DNA from: Candidatus Aenigmatarchaeota archaeon
Lineage (GTDB): Archaea; Aenigmatarchaeota; Aenigmatarchaeia; CG10238-14; SCSR01
Length of the DNA stretch: 64,000 nucleotides
Direction: 5' to 3'
Assembly: GCA_038998335.1 (NCBI GenBank)
Contig: JAVZHQ010000002.1
Span: 1 to 64,000 of the forward strand
Under the pieces are notes generated by a model. The model searched no databases. It was not told where the DNA came from and saw nothing but the letters and a program-made list of their open reading frames with translations. Positions within the stretch are counted from its first letter, which is position 1, and every line of letters starts with the position of its first letter. Below are positions 18,679 to 28,546 of the stretch, piece after piece. A program made the position numbers and the translations under genes.

Positions 18679-21600
18679 TTACTTTGGTGGTAGTTTTTGA
18701 AAAGCTATTTTTATTTCTTTATCTTCAAACTTTAAGACATCTTGGAATTCGCCTTTAAGCTTTCCTAAGGAAACCTTGCTTGCTCCCACTTCTTTCTTAA
18801 GTTTTTTAGAATAACTTTTAATAACTTCCAAAGTTTTTTCATCACTTTCTAAGGTTAGAGCAATTCTTTCCTCAACTTTAAAGCCATGTTTCTTCCTCAT
18901 CTCCTGTATTTTTCTTGTTAACTCTTTCAGCAAAGCTTCTTCCATAAGCTTTTCATCAAGCTTAGGGTTAACAAAAACTTTCCCGAAATCAAAGCTTGCT
19001 TCACAATAACCTTTTGGTTCTTCCTCTGCTATTTTAACAGTCTTTGAGTTGCAAATAAAAGCTAGAATTTTTTCCAGCCTTTTAAGTGCAGATAAAACTT
19101 TTTCTTCTTTTGAGAAAACTAAAACTTCAGAAACAGGCCATCTCAACTTAATCCTTGCTTTTTGCCTTGCAGCACTACAAGCCTCAAAGATTTTTTTCGC
19201 AACTTCCATCTCTTCTTCAAGTTTTTTATCTATAAGTTTTTTGTTTGCTTTTGGCCAAAGGCAAAGATGAACAGATTCTTCCCCTCCTTTTAAAGGTTTA
19301 ACTATTTCTTGATAAACTTCTTCTGCGAAGAAAGGAACGAAAGGAGCAAGAAGCTTGGCAAGATTTTCTGTTATAGTTAGCAAAGTGAAGAAAGCTGCCT
19401 TCTTATCCTTTCCCTTATACTCAGGCCAGACCCTATCTCTTATCAACTTAATGTACCATCGTGAAAAATCGTTTATTATAAAATCAACTATTTCTTGCGC
19501 TGCTTTGAAAGAGTGATAATTCCAAAAGTTTTTCTCACAACTTTCTATCAGAGAATTAAGTCTTGAGATTATCCACTTATCTTCTTCCTCCAGTTTTCTC
19601 ACTTTTTCATAACTTTTCACGTAAGTCTTAACAAAGTTGAAAACGTTTTTTACTATCATAAAAGATTTTGCTATTTCCTCAACATCTTGCCATTTGAAGT
19701 AATAATCTTCCCAAGGTGGAGAAAGCAAGTAATATAGCCTTAAAACATCCCTTCCATACTTTTCTATAACCTCTTCAGTTGTTACTATGTTTCCTATACT
19801 TTTAGACATTTTTTGGCCATGCACATCTAAAACAAAACCATGGAACAAAACACTCTTGAAAGAAGCTTTACCAAAAGTCATTAAGCTTGTTATCATCAAA
19901 GAATTCCACCAGCCTCTAATCTGATCAGGCCCTTCAAGGATAAAATCAGCTGGAAACATTTTCTCAAAAGGTTCTTTTTTCTCTGGATAACCTAAGGAAG
20001 CCCAAGGAGCTACCCCAGAATCGAACCAAACATCCAGCACGTCAGAAACTCTTCTCATCTTTTTCCCACATTTTTCACAATCCAAAAGAATTTCGTCTAT
20101 ATAAGGCTTGTGCAAATCCTCTGGAACATAAGGTAATTCTTTCCTTGAGCCTACAACTCTAATGTTTTCACAATTCTCACAAACCCATATTGGTAGAGGA
20201 ATTCCCCAGTACCTTTGCCTTGAGATTGGCCAATCTCCCAGACTTTCTAACCAATTTCTAAACCTTTGTTTTGCCCATTCAGGAACCCATTTTATTTTCT
20301 CATTTTCTTTCAAAAGCTTTTCTCTTATAGCAGTAACTTTAAAGAACCACTGAGGAACCGAAATTAAGAGTAAAGGAGATTCACATCTCCAGCAAACCGG
20401 ATAATCGTGCTGGATCGTTTCCTCGTGAAGAAGTAAACCTTTTTCTCTAAGTTCCTGAATTATTAATTTATCCGCATCTTTAACAAACATCCCAGAATAT
20501 TTCCCACAACTCTCGTCAAAAGTTCCATCTATTTTCACAGGAGAAACTATGGGTAAACCTGTCTCTAAACCTACTTTATAATCTTCCTCTCCATGACCTG
20601 GAGCTGTATGAACCAAACCTGTACCTTCTTCCAGACTAACAAACTGCTCAGAAAGGACAACCCTATGAGCATTCTTCAGATTTTGCTGAAACTTAAACTC
20701 CTCAAGAAAGGGATGTTCATACCTTAAGTTTTCCATATCCTTTCCACTTCTTACGTCCAGGATTTCGTATTTTTCTATGCCAACCTTTCTCATTACACTT
20801 TCTAACAACTGCTTAGCCAAAATCAGAATTTCACCGTTAATTTTAACTCTTACATATTCACCCTTTGGGTTAGCCATTATCCCTGTATTTGCTGGCAACG
20901 TCCATGGCGTAGTAGTAAAACAAACCAAAAATAAGTTGGGGTCTTCTTTTGTTCTAAACTTTACATAAATAGCAGGATCTCTAATCTTTGTGTATTCTAT
21001 CTCATTATAAGCAACTACCGTTTCACAATTATGCGTAATAAAACCGTTTACGATGAAGTTATGAGTTCCTCTAACGTTTAAGTCGGCTACTTCTTTTAGA
21101 CCACTAAACTCTATCTTATCGATTTTCTCCCATATTAATCCGTTTTTAATTCCATTATTTTTAACGTAAATTTCAAATTTTGGTAAAGATTCTCTGTTTA
21201 GTTTTTTTCTAAGTTTTGTTTTCAAGTAAGAAAGTACATAAGAAGAAATTTCTTCCCTTTTTTTGCAATAGGAGTATCCAATACTCTCTAAAAATTTTAC
21301 TGTGTTCAAAATACTACAACTTATTCTTCCTGTAACTATAGCTTTTTCTTTTCCGTTAACATTTTTGTAAGTCTTTTTAAAAGGCCTTATCATTACACCA
21401 AGCTCTTTAAGCAACTTATAAATAGATTTCACAAACTTTACAGCAGAAGCTTCTAAATTTCTGTTTTTTTCTACTCTAAAAATCAACTCCTTAAAATATT
21501 TTTCTGTTTCTCTTAAACTTGGTTTACTTAACTCAGCACCAAAATATCCACGCAAAAACTCTGTCTTAAAAGCTTTTAATTCCTTCTTTTTTAATACATT

Positions 21601-22926
21601 TGGAATGTCGAAATCGATTTCCCACTTTTTACCGGAAGGCATACCTAAGGTCAACAATAAAATCCCAAAGGAAGAGGAATAACAGTACATTTCGATACTC
21701 TGGCCTTTTACTTCTTTCTCATTTATTTTGGATTTCTTTTCTCTGCTTTTAATTTTACTTGATTTAAAACCTAATTTCTTCAGGTCTTTTTTAATCTTCT
21801 TGAGATCGTCTTTTTCTTCGGCCGAGAAAAACACTATAATCTCTGGGAAGTTTCTTTTTTTCTTTTTTCTTATTATCAGAGAGCCGTCCCCAAACGAATA
21901 TCCTAAAATTCTAAAAAGAATTCTAGTTTTTTCATCCTTCTCATACAACGGTAAAAGCCTTTTACATTCAAGCTCGTGTAAAACCCTCTTTATAATACCA
22001 TTCACTCTCTTAGAATTTCCATACTTTTCGTTAAGTTTCTCAATAGTCTTTATAACTTCTTTTTTTGTTAAAATAACTTTATTTGAGTTAGTGTTTTCTT
22101 TAAAAACTGGAAGATGGACTACTGCAACTTCATCACCCACTTTCAAATGCTTAAGTTCTCTCCAACCACTCTTGGTTAAAAATGGGTGATCTAAGGTTGC
22201 CTCGATGTTTAAACCACTTTGAGTTGTAACTCTAAAGGTCTTGTCCTTTACTTCTAGATAACCATCTATACACGACTCCTTAAAATCAAAATTTTTAAGG
22301 TCTAAAGTTACGACTTTTTCATTTTCCCAACAGTTTTTAAGTTCATCCATACTTTTCCAACTATAATTAGTAAAAACTATAGAATCTTTCGTAATACACC
22401 TTGGACAAACATGAACAGGATAGCTCCCTTTGTATAGTAAACCTTTTTCAAAAGCTTTCTTAAACGTAAACCATGCCCCTTCTATATAATCGTTAGTCAA
22501 AGTTAAGTAAGGATTTTCCCAGTCCATCCAGACTCCTAAATTTTTGAACTGGTTGCTCATTGTATCTATAAATTGAGTTGCAAATTTCCTGCATTCTTTT
22601 ATGAAATTCTCAACGCCAAACTTTTCTATATCCTTCTTTGATTTAAAACCAAGCTGCTTTTCAACTTTGTTCTCTATTGGTACGCCATGGCAATCATAGC
22701 CTGGCTGGTCCCAAGTATTAAAACCTTGCATCCTGAAAAACCTTAAAAAGCAATCTTTTATAACTTTGTTAAATGCTGTGCCAACATGGATTGAACCAGT
22801 AGCATAAGGGGGCCCGTCCAAGAAAAAGAATTTTTTACCTTCTTTCCTCATTTCCTTAAGCTTTTCATAAACCTTTTTCTCTTCCCAAAATTTTAGTATT
22901 TGCTCCTCTTTTTCTGAATCTTTCAT
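18679..22926 (-). CDS. ileS: Isoleucyl-tRNA synthetase with intein
   Basis: DGPPYATGSIHVG, DWPISRQRYWG, KMSKS; 457-aa insertion in the CPR/C zinc knuckle. Confidence 0.97.
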   Translation of the reverse strand: MKDSEKEEQILKFWEEKKVYEKLKEMRKEGKKFFFLDGPPYATGSIHVGTAFNKVIKDCFLRFFRMQGFNTWDQPGYDCHGVPIENKVEKQLGFKSKKDIEKFGVENFIKECRKFATQFIDTMSNQFKNLGVWMDWENPYLTLTNDYIEGAWFTFKKAFEKGLLYKGSYPVHVCPRCITKDSIVFTNYSWKSMDELKNCWENEKVVTLDLKNFDFKESCIDGYLEVKDKTFRVTTQSGLNIEATLDHPFLTKSGWRELKHLKVGDEVAVVHLPVFKENTNSNKVILTKKEVIKTIEKLNEKYGNSKRVNGIIKRVLHELECKRLLPLYEKDEKTRILFRILGYSFGDGSLIIRKKKKRNFPEIIVFFSAEEKDDLKKIKKDLKKLGFKSSKIKSREKKSKINEKEVKGQSIEMYCYSSSFGILLLTLGMPSGKKWEIDFDIPNVLKKKELKAFKTEFLRGYFGAELSKPSLRETEKYFKELIFRVEKNRNLEASAVKFVKSIYKLLKELGVMIRPFKKTYKNVNGKEKAIVTGRISCSILNTVKFLESIGYSYCKKREEISSYVLSYLKTKLRKKLNRESLPKFEIYVKNNGIKNGLIWEKIDKIEFSGLKEVADLNVRGTHNFIVNGFITHNCETVVAYNEIEYTKIRDPAIYVKFRTKEDPNLFLVCFTTTPWTLPANTGIMANPKGEYVRVKINGEILILAKQLLESVMRKVGIEKYEILDVRSGKDMENLRYEHPFLEEFKFQQNLKNAHRVVLSEQFVSLEEGTGLVHTAPGHGEEDYKVGLETGLPIVSPVKIDGTFDESCGKYSGMFVKDADKLIIQELREKGLLLHEETIQHDYPVCWRCESPLLLISVPQWFFKVTAIREKLLKENEKIKWVPEWAKQRFRNWLESLGDWPISRQRYWGIPLPIWVCENCENIRVVGSRKELPYVPEDLHKPYIDEILLDCEKCGKKMRRVSDVLDVWFDSGVAPWASLGYPEKKEPFEKMFPADFILEGPDQIRGWWNSLMITSLMTFGKASFKSVLFHGFVLDVHGQKMSKSIGNIVTTEEVIEKYGRDVLRLYYLLSPPWEDYYFKWQDVEEIAKSFMIVKNVFNFVKTYVKSYEKVRKLEEEDKWIISRLNSLIESCEKNFWNYHSFKAAQEIVDFIINDFSRWYIKLIRDRVWPEYKGKDKKAAFFTLLTITENLAKLLAPFVPFFAEEVYQEIVKPLKGGEESVHLCLWPKANKKLIDKKLEEEMEVAKKIFEACSAARQKARIKLRWPVSEVLVFSKEEKVLSALKRLEKILAFICNSKTVKIAEEEPKGYCEASFDFGKVFVNPKLDEKLMEEALLKELTRKIQEMRKKHGFKVEERIALTLESDEKTLEVIKSYSKKLKKEVGASKVSLGKLKGEFQDVLKFEDKEIKIAFQKLPPK
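21028..22398 (-). mobile_element. Intein with LAGLIDADG homing endonuclease domain
   Basis: Begins CITKDS (aa 177), block B ATLDHPF, LAGLIDADG-like LGYSFGDG and FLRGYFGAE, ends NFIVNGFITHN before extein Cys. Confidence 0.95.
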
Positions 22927-22965
22927 AAATTCACCTTAGAAATAGGAATAAATAAAAATTTAGAA

Positions 22966-22995
22966 TCAGATCCGCTTATCACTCACTTGCCTCAC
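22966..22995 (-). other. Candidate leader uORF (V)RQ(V/M)SDKRI* upstream of ileS
   Basis: GTG about 30 nt after a TTTTATA box; last sense codon ATC (Ile). Confidence 0.35.
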
Positions 22996-23027
22996 CTTAA
23001 AAAATTATAAAAGCAAGTATAAAAAAC

Positions 23028-24023
23028 TTATAGCTTCCTTATCTGATTGCAAAAATCTGTAGCAAGCTTTGCTTTATCTTGTGTTTTTTCTGAAGAAAGA
23101 ATAAACCAGCACATAAGATAATCTATTTCCTTCCTTTTTTCTTCCTCAAGCTTTTTTGAAATTTTTATTTCATACTCTATCTTTGCCCTTCTTTCGTGAA
23201 AATTGTAAGCTGGAGGAGAGTAAGAACTTACAATTTCTTTAACTTTATCGTAAGGAATTTCTTTAACTTTTTCTAGAGTAATCTCTTCCTTCACTTCTTT
23301 AACTTCCTTTTTCTCGATTTTCCTTTTGCATGTTTTTGCTTTAACTTTTTCTTTCTTTTCCTCTATAATTATAGGAACAGTTTCCTTAATTTCAGGCTTA
23401 GCTTGTAAGGGTTGAGGTTGTGAAGGTATAAATGAAAAAACTTTTGGGAAAATTTCTGGATAATAATCCTTAACAAGATTGTTTATTTCATCCTCAGAAA
23501 GCCTCTTTCCAAAAGAAATGTGATATAGTTTAGCCAAATCCTCTTCCAGCTTATCCAAAGAAGCCTCTCCTTCTTTTCCAACAAAATCACTCCCTAAGTA
23601 AATAATCAGAGAACCTTCACCTATATGTAAACCTAAAACAGTAGTAGTTTCTCCTTTAAGCTCAACATACCTTTTTCCAAAGATTGGAAGGAGTTTTCTT
23701 CCATAAACTACTTTCTCTATAAAATGTGTCTTTTTACCACGAAAAAAAGAAGGAAAATAAAAAATTAAATTTCCTTTCTCGCAAATTATCGGAACCCTGT
23801 GAAACTCATAACCAACTTCTTCGAAAAGATTTTTAAGTAAAGTTTCAAAAGTATGATAGCTTTTTTCTCTTAAGCTATCAAAGTTTGTTATTCTGACTCT
23901 TTCCCACTTTCCCTCTTTTTTATACTTTACATACTTTTTATCGATTATTTTTAACTCTGTTATTTCGCTTGTATCAAAACATGGAAAAATTTTTTTAACA
24001 CGCTCGAAAAGGTCTATCATCAA
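23028..24023 (-). CDS. Hypothetical protein
   Basis: 331-aa ORF, no recognised motif. Confidence 0.75.
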   Translation of the reverse strand: MMIDLFERVKKIFPCFDTSEITELKIIDKKYVKYKKEGKWERVRITNFDSLREKSYHTFETLLKNLFEEVGYEFHRVPIICEKGNLIFYFPSFFRGKKTHFIEKVVYGRKLLPIFGKRYVELKGETTTVLGLHIGEGSLIIYLGSDFVGKEGEASLDKLEEDLAKLYHISFGKRLSEDEINNLVKDYYPEIFPKVFSFIPSQPQPLQAKPEIKETVPIIIEEKKEKVKAKTCKRKIEKKEVKEVKEEITLEKVKEIPYDKVKEIVSSYSPPAYNFHERRAKIEYEIKISKKLEEEKRKEIDYLMCWFILSSEKTQDKAKLATDFCNQIRKL

Positions 24024-24052
24024 ATAAAAAATAAACTAAAAATTTTTAAGTT

Positions 24053-25510
24053 TTACTCGTACAACCTTCCTTCCCTTTTAATTCCTCTTTCAAAATCTTT
24101 TCTTGCCGAATCAGCAATTTCTTGAGCTTTTCTTGTAGGGTATTTTCCTGTAACGCAACCAAAGCATAGCTCGCTTTCTTTAAAACCTGTAGCCTTTACA
24201 TAATTTTTAATAGATTGATAAAAAACTCCGTCTGCTCCTATAATTTTTGCTATTTCTTCTGGCTCATACCTTGAACCAATAAGTTCGTCAAAAGTTGCCA
24301 TGTCTATGCCATAAAAGCAAGGAGAAGTTATTCTTGGAAAAGTAACGAAAACATAAACTTTTTGTGCACCCATATCTCTTAACTTCTTGACAGTAACTTT
24401 TGTTGTATCGCCTCTAACAATACTATCATCTAAAACAGCAATTCTTTTTCCAAAAATTTTTTGTTTCAAAACGTTAATTTTTCTGAAAATTTTTTCTTGT
24501 CTTTCATTCTGCAAAAGAATAAAAGCTCTTTCAGTGACGTAGCGATGCCTTCTTGTTGCTCTTTCCCATCTTATACCACTTTCCTCCTGAAAACCATAAG
24601 CTGCATCGTCAGCAGTTTCTGGCATAGAAATTACTATATCTATCTTATCCAGCAAGTCAGAATATTCTCTTGCTAGGTTTCTTCCAAACTCTTCCCTTAT
24701 CTCATAAACATATTTACTTCCGTAAATTGTGTCTGGTCTTGAGAAGTAAGCAAACTCAAAAGAGCAAAATGCTTTTTTGGAAGTTTTGAGCTTACATCTT
24801 TCGAAACCCTTTCTATCAAGAGTTATAAGTTCTCCAGGCTCTAATTCAAACATAAAATCTATTCCGTTAATGTCAAAACCAACGCTTTCTGAAGAAAAAG
24901 CATAAAGGTTTTTGGTTTTTCCGAAGCACAAGGGTTTAATTCCATAGGGGTCTTTAAAAGCAAACATTTCTCCCTTTTTGTTCAACCCTACAACAGAAAA
25001 CGCACCGTCTATTTCTTCCATGCAACTTTTAACTGCAGCACAAACATCTTTTTTCTCTTTTAACTCAAGAAAAAGTTTACCTGTAAGCAGTTCTAAATCA
25101 CAGTTATAAGAAGCCTTTCCTAATTCTTCTTTAATTTCTAAAGCATTTACAATGTTACCGTTAAAAACTGTCGCAAGAGCAAGCTCTTTATCCTTAACGA
25201 CTATTGGCTGAGCTCCTCTAATCAAAGACTGTTTGTCAGTTTTCCCAGAAGTTGTATACCTTACATTACCTATTCCCAAATTCCCTCTTAATTTTTCTTC
25301 CCATTTTTTAGCATCTTCTTTGCTAATTTTTGGAACCAAGTCTAAAGCTTTGTAGAGATTAAATTTTCCGTCGTAAGTTAAAATTCCATGGGATTGATGA
25401 CCTCTATGATTTAAAGCCCTCAATCCCCAGTAAACATAAGGAAAGGCTTGCTCGTCAAAACAATAAGCAGCAAAAACGCCGCAAGCCTCTTTTACTTCCA
25501 TTTTCTTCAC
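24053..25510 (-). CDS. purF: Amidophosphoribosyltransferase
   Basis: Propeptide then CGVF Ntn nucleophile, RYTT, FNGNI, PRPP loop VLDDSIVRGDT, PCFYGIDM. Confidence 0.93.
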   Translation of the reverse strand: MKKMEVKEACGVFAAYCFDEQAFPYVYWGLRALNHRGHQSHGILTYDGKFNLYKALDLVPKISKEDAKKWEEKLRGNLGIGNVRYTTSGKTDKQSLIRGAQPIVVKDKELALATVFNGNIVNALEIKEELGKASYNCDLELLTGKLFLELKEKKDVCAAVKSCMEEIDGAFSVVGLNKKGEMFAFKDPYGIKPLCFGKTKNLYAFSSESVGFDINGIDFMFELEPGELITLDRKGFERCKLKTSKKAFCSFEFAYFSRPDTIYGSKYVYEIREEFGRNLAREYSDLLDKIDIVISMPETADDAAYGFQEESGIRWERATRRHRYVTERAFILLQNERQEKIFRKINVLKQKIFGKRIAVLDDSIVRGDTTKVTVKKLRDMGAQKVYVFVTFPRITSPCFYGIDMATFDELIGSRYEPEEIAKIIGADGVFYQSIKNYVKATGFKESELCFGCVTGKYPTRKAQEIADSARKDFERGIKREGRLYE

Positions 25511-26760
25511 TCGTATTCTATTGTAGCAGGTGGCTTGCTTGAAACATCAAAGTAGACTGTAGCAACATTACATTCATCAACTATTTTCTTTCCTATCTTT
25601 TCCAAAACATCAAAAGGAACTTCAAAAATTTCAGCATAGATAGCGTCTTTGCTTCTGACAGCTCTCAAAGAAACAACATAAGGCGAAGCTTCGTTTCCTT
25701 TAGCTATTTTATAAAGGGTTCTGGAATAACCTGTAACATAAGGAGTCACTTTTCCTCCCCAGCACTTAAGTTCTTCCATGTTTGGGATTTTTTCTTCCAC
25801 ACAAAGCGGAAAACTATAAACTCTTTTTTCATTAACTATTCCTGTAGCCTTAGAGCAGAGAACCCTTGCCCTTACTTTCCCCCATGCCAATTTAATTCTT
25901 TCATAAATTTCTTTCGGGACTTTTTCAAACTTGTTGTCAAAAGTTGCGGCAAAATATTGAAACGGAATTTGTTCCTCTGTTTCTGGGTCGATAAACATAG
26001 TTGTACCGTAAAGTTCTTTTGTGTATTTCTCTATTCCTTGCTCAACTATATCGTTTGCATTTTTTTCCACTTCTAGCTTTTCTATGTTTATCTTACCAAC
26101 AGTTCTAACTGCTAAGCCAGGACCAGGAAAAGGCTGCCTTTTATCAACGCCTTTCAAAAACTTATAACCATAATCTTCAAACAAAGCTTTTGCAAGTTTT
26201 CTAACGTCATTTTTATACAAGCTTGCTAAAGGCTCGACAACTTTTTTAACTTTTTTAAATGGAACATCAACATTATGCTGAGTTTTGATTACAGGTGTTT
26301 CCTTTATATCAGGAAAAATTGTGCCATGCGTCATAGCATTACAATCAAGAGAAGAAACAAGGTTATCTGTAGTTAATGCATAAGCTTCTTGGAACCCTTT
26401 CCTTTTCTCTTCTGCATCCTCCTTACCAAAAACTTTTTCGTAAAAAACTTCTCTTGCACTTACTAAAGAAAAGTTTTCTAAAGAAGAAAACCTTTCTTTT
26501 ACTATTTCCGGTTCTTCCCTTCCTCTTATTCTTCTCATAAAGCCTGTATCTATATGAACAGGATATAGCCTTTTACCAATCGCGAGATCAAAAAGGGCAG
26601 TGTTAACTGAAGAGTCAACACCACCAGAAACCAAAGTTAGAACTTTATCTTTAGGCTCTATCTTTTCTTTTATAAATTTCGTTGCTTCCTCGATAAACTT
26701 TCTTGGATCTTTTCTTATTTCATCTTCAGGAAAAAACCTATGGCATACAGCTAAACTCAT
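25507..26760 (-). CDS. guaAB: GMP synthase ATP-pyrophosphatase subunit B
   Basis: SGGVDS PP-loop, GTIFPD, IKTQHNV, PFPGPGLAVR, C-terminal SKPPATIEYE; no glutaminase domain; start uncertain (frame open to 26808). Confidence 0.9.
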   Translation of the reverse strand: MSLAVCHRFFPEDEIRKDPRKFIEEATKFIKEKIEPKDKVLTLVSGGVDSSVNTALFDLAIGKRLYPVHIDTGFMRRIRGREEPEIVKERFSSLENFSLVSAREVFYEKVFGKEDAEEKRKGFQEAYALTTDNLVSSLDCNAMTHGTIFPDIKETPVIKTQHNVDVPFKKVKKVVEPLASLYKNDVRKLAKALFEDYGYKFLKGVDKRQPFPGPGLAVRTVGKINIEKLEVEKNANDIVEQGIEKYTKELYGTTMFIDPETEEQIPFQYFAATFDNKFEKVPKEIYERIKLAWGKVRARVLCSKATGIVNEKRVYSFPLCVEEKIPNMEELKCWGGKVTPYVTGYSRTLYKIAKGNEASPYVVSLRAVRSKDAIYAEIFEVPFDVLEKIGKKIVDECNVATVYFDVSSKPPATIEYE

Positions 26761-26840
26761 GAGTAAAATAAAATCGTTAAAAAATAAATATTTTCGGTCC
26801 CACCTCAAACTATTTAAAAGCTTTTTCTAATTAATTTTTA

Positions 26841-26879
26841 GTGAGCAAGATGGGAGGTAAGCGCCTTCACGAAAAGTGA
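26841..26879 (+). other. Candidate leader uORF (V)SKMGGKRLHEK* upstream of AbrB-tRNA-His-hisS
   Basis: GTG about 28 nt after TTTAAAA; contains CAC (His); stop overlaps AAAGTGA/TCACTTT hairpin. Confidence 0.35.
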
Positions 26880-26890
26880 TTTAGTTCACT

Positions 26891-27136
26891 TTGCTTAGTG
26901 CTGTTTCTAAAGTTGACTCGAAGGGAAGAGTTTCTATTCCTATTAAGTTAAGAGCAAAGTTAAAGATACTTGAAGGCTGTAGGGTGAAAATTCTAGTCAA
27001 AAAAGGTAGACTGATTCTTATTCCTGAAAGATGGCCAGAATGGTGTAAGGGTAGCACAGGAGTCTGTGGAACTCCTGGAGCGGGTTCGAATCCCGCTTCT
27101 GGCCCAAAAGAATTAAAAAAGAATTCACTCTTATAA
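26891..27136 (+). CDS. AbrB/MazE/SpoVT-family DNA-binding protein overlapping tRNA-His
   Basis: KVDSKGRVSIPIKLRAKLKILEG is an AbrB swapped-hairpin signature; no stop before the tRNA. Confidence 0.75.
   Translation: MLSAVSKVDSKGRVSIPIKLRAKLKILEGCRVKILVKKGRLILIPERWPEWCKGSTGVCGTPGAGSNPASGPKELKKNSLL
27033..27104 (+). tRNA. tRNA-His(GTG), G-1 genomically encoded
   Basis: G-GCCAGAA...TTCTGGC-C; anticodon arm GGAGT-CTGTGGA-ACTCC; T loop GGTTCGAATCC. Confidence 0.95.
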
Positions 27137-27150
27137 ATTAAGGGAGAAAA

Positions 27151-28455
27151 ATGGAACTCAAGCCTTTAAAAGGGACAAGAGATTTTTTGCCGGAAGAAAT
27201 GATAATAAGACAGAAAATTTTGGAAAAAGTTAAGAATACTTTTGAATTGTTTGGTTTTCAGCCTCTAGAAACTCCTGCTCTCGAATCTTGGGAAATACTT
27301 TCGGCAAAAGGGGCTGGTGGAGAAGAGATTTTAAAAGAAACTTACAACTTTGAGGATTTAGGGAAAAGAAGAGTTGGGTTAAGATATGATTTAACAGTTC
27401 CTCTAGCAAGAGTTGTTGCTTCAAACCCGAACTTACCATTACCTTTTAAAAGGTATCAAATTCAAAACGTTTGGCGCTACGGAGATGTTTCAAAAGGCAG
27501 GTTAAGGGAATTTTTGCAAGCAGATATTGATATAGTAGGCTCAGAAAGTATGCTTGCAGATGCTGAAGTAATTGCCTGTGCGGTTTCTTGTTTGAATTCC
27601 TTAGGATTCAAAAATTTTCTTGTAAGAATAAATAACAGGAAAATTTTGAGCGCTTTAGTTAAATTTGTTAGAATAGAAGAAGAAAAAGCTTTGGAAGTTT
27701 TTAGAAGTATAGACAAGCTTGAAAAGATTGGTGAAGAAAAAGTAAAGAAAGAACTGGAAGAAAAGGGAATTTCTCAAGACTCTATCAAAAAAATTTTTGA
27801 TTTTATAAAAATAGATGAAACTCCGGAAAAAGTTTTTGAAAAGATTAAAGACTTAAGCTTTGACGAAGGGAAAGAAGGAATAGAAGAATTGAAAGAAATC
27901 GTTTTTTATCTTAAGGAAATGGGAACTAATGCAAAAATTAAAATTGATTTAAGCTTGGCAAGAGGCTTGGATTACTACACTGGCCCTATTTTCGAGATTT
28001 CTGCTGAAAAAGAAATAGGAAGCATAGCCGGAGGAGGAAGGTACGATAAGCTAATAGGAATATTCGCAAAGAAGGAAATTCCAGCAACAGGAATTAGCTT
28101 GGGGATTGAAAGAATAATTGAAGTTATGAAAAAAAGGAAAATGGTTGAAGAAAAAAAGTGTAAAACTAAAGTTTTTGTAGCAACAATCAACAAAGAAATT
28201 CTCAAAAAATCTTTACCTATAATCCAAAAGTTAAGAGAAAATGGAATAGAAACTGACTTTGACTTGAGGGAAAGAAGTTTAACTAGACAATTAGAGTATG
28301 CAAACTCTTTGGGAATTCCTTTTGTCTTGATTTTAGGAGAAAAAGAGCTTAAAGAGAAAAAGTTCAGGCTAAGGTTTATGGAAAAAAAGATTGAAAAAGA
28401 GCTTAGCTTAGATGAAGTGATTAGAATTTTAAAAGAACCTCAAGAAAATTCTTGA
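27151..28455 (+). CDS. hisS: Histidyl-tRNA synthetase
   Basis: KGTRDF, LRYDLTVP, GRLREFLQAD, RGLDYYTG, GGGRYD. Confidence 0.97.
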   Translation: MELKPLKGTRDFLPEEMIIRQKILEKVKNTFELFGFQPLETPALESWEILSAKGAGGEEILKETYNFEDLGKRRVGLRYDLTVPLARVVASNPNLPLPFKRYQIQNVWRYGDVSKGRLREFLQADIDIVGSESMLADAEVIACAVSCLNSLGFKNFLVRINNRKILSALVKFVRIEEEKALEVFRSIDKLEKIGEEKVKKELEEKGISQDSIKKIFDFIKIDETPEKVFEKIKDLSFDEGKEGIEELKEIVFYLKEMGTNAKIKIDLSLARGLDYYTGPIFEISAEKEIGSIAGGGRYDKLIGIFAKKEIPATGISLGIERIIEVMKKRKMVEEKKCKTKVFVATINKEILKKSLPIIQKLRENGIETDFDLRERSLTRQLEYANSLGIPFVLILGEKELKEKKFRLRFMEKKIEKELSLDEVIRILKEPQENS

Positions 28456-28546
28456 AAAAATGTAGCTTTTGAGAAATTTTCCTTTAAATTTTATAGCTTT
28501 TGAAAAATGAAATAGAGAGAAGTACAAAAATCTAAGGATTAGTTTT

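Noticed and set aside
22940-22995. C/D box sRNA or canonical T-box in the ileS leader
   Set aside because: CTGA is present but no proper RTGATGA C box; leader is too short for a T-box and lacks its consensus.
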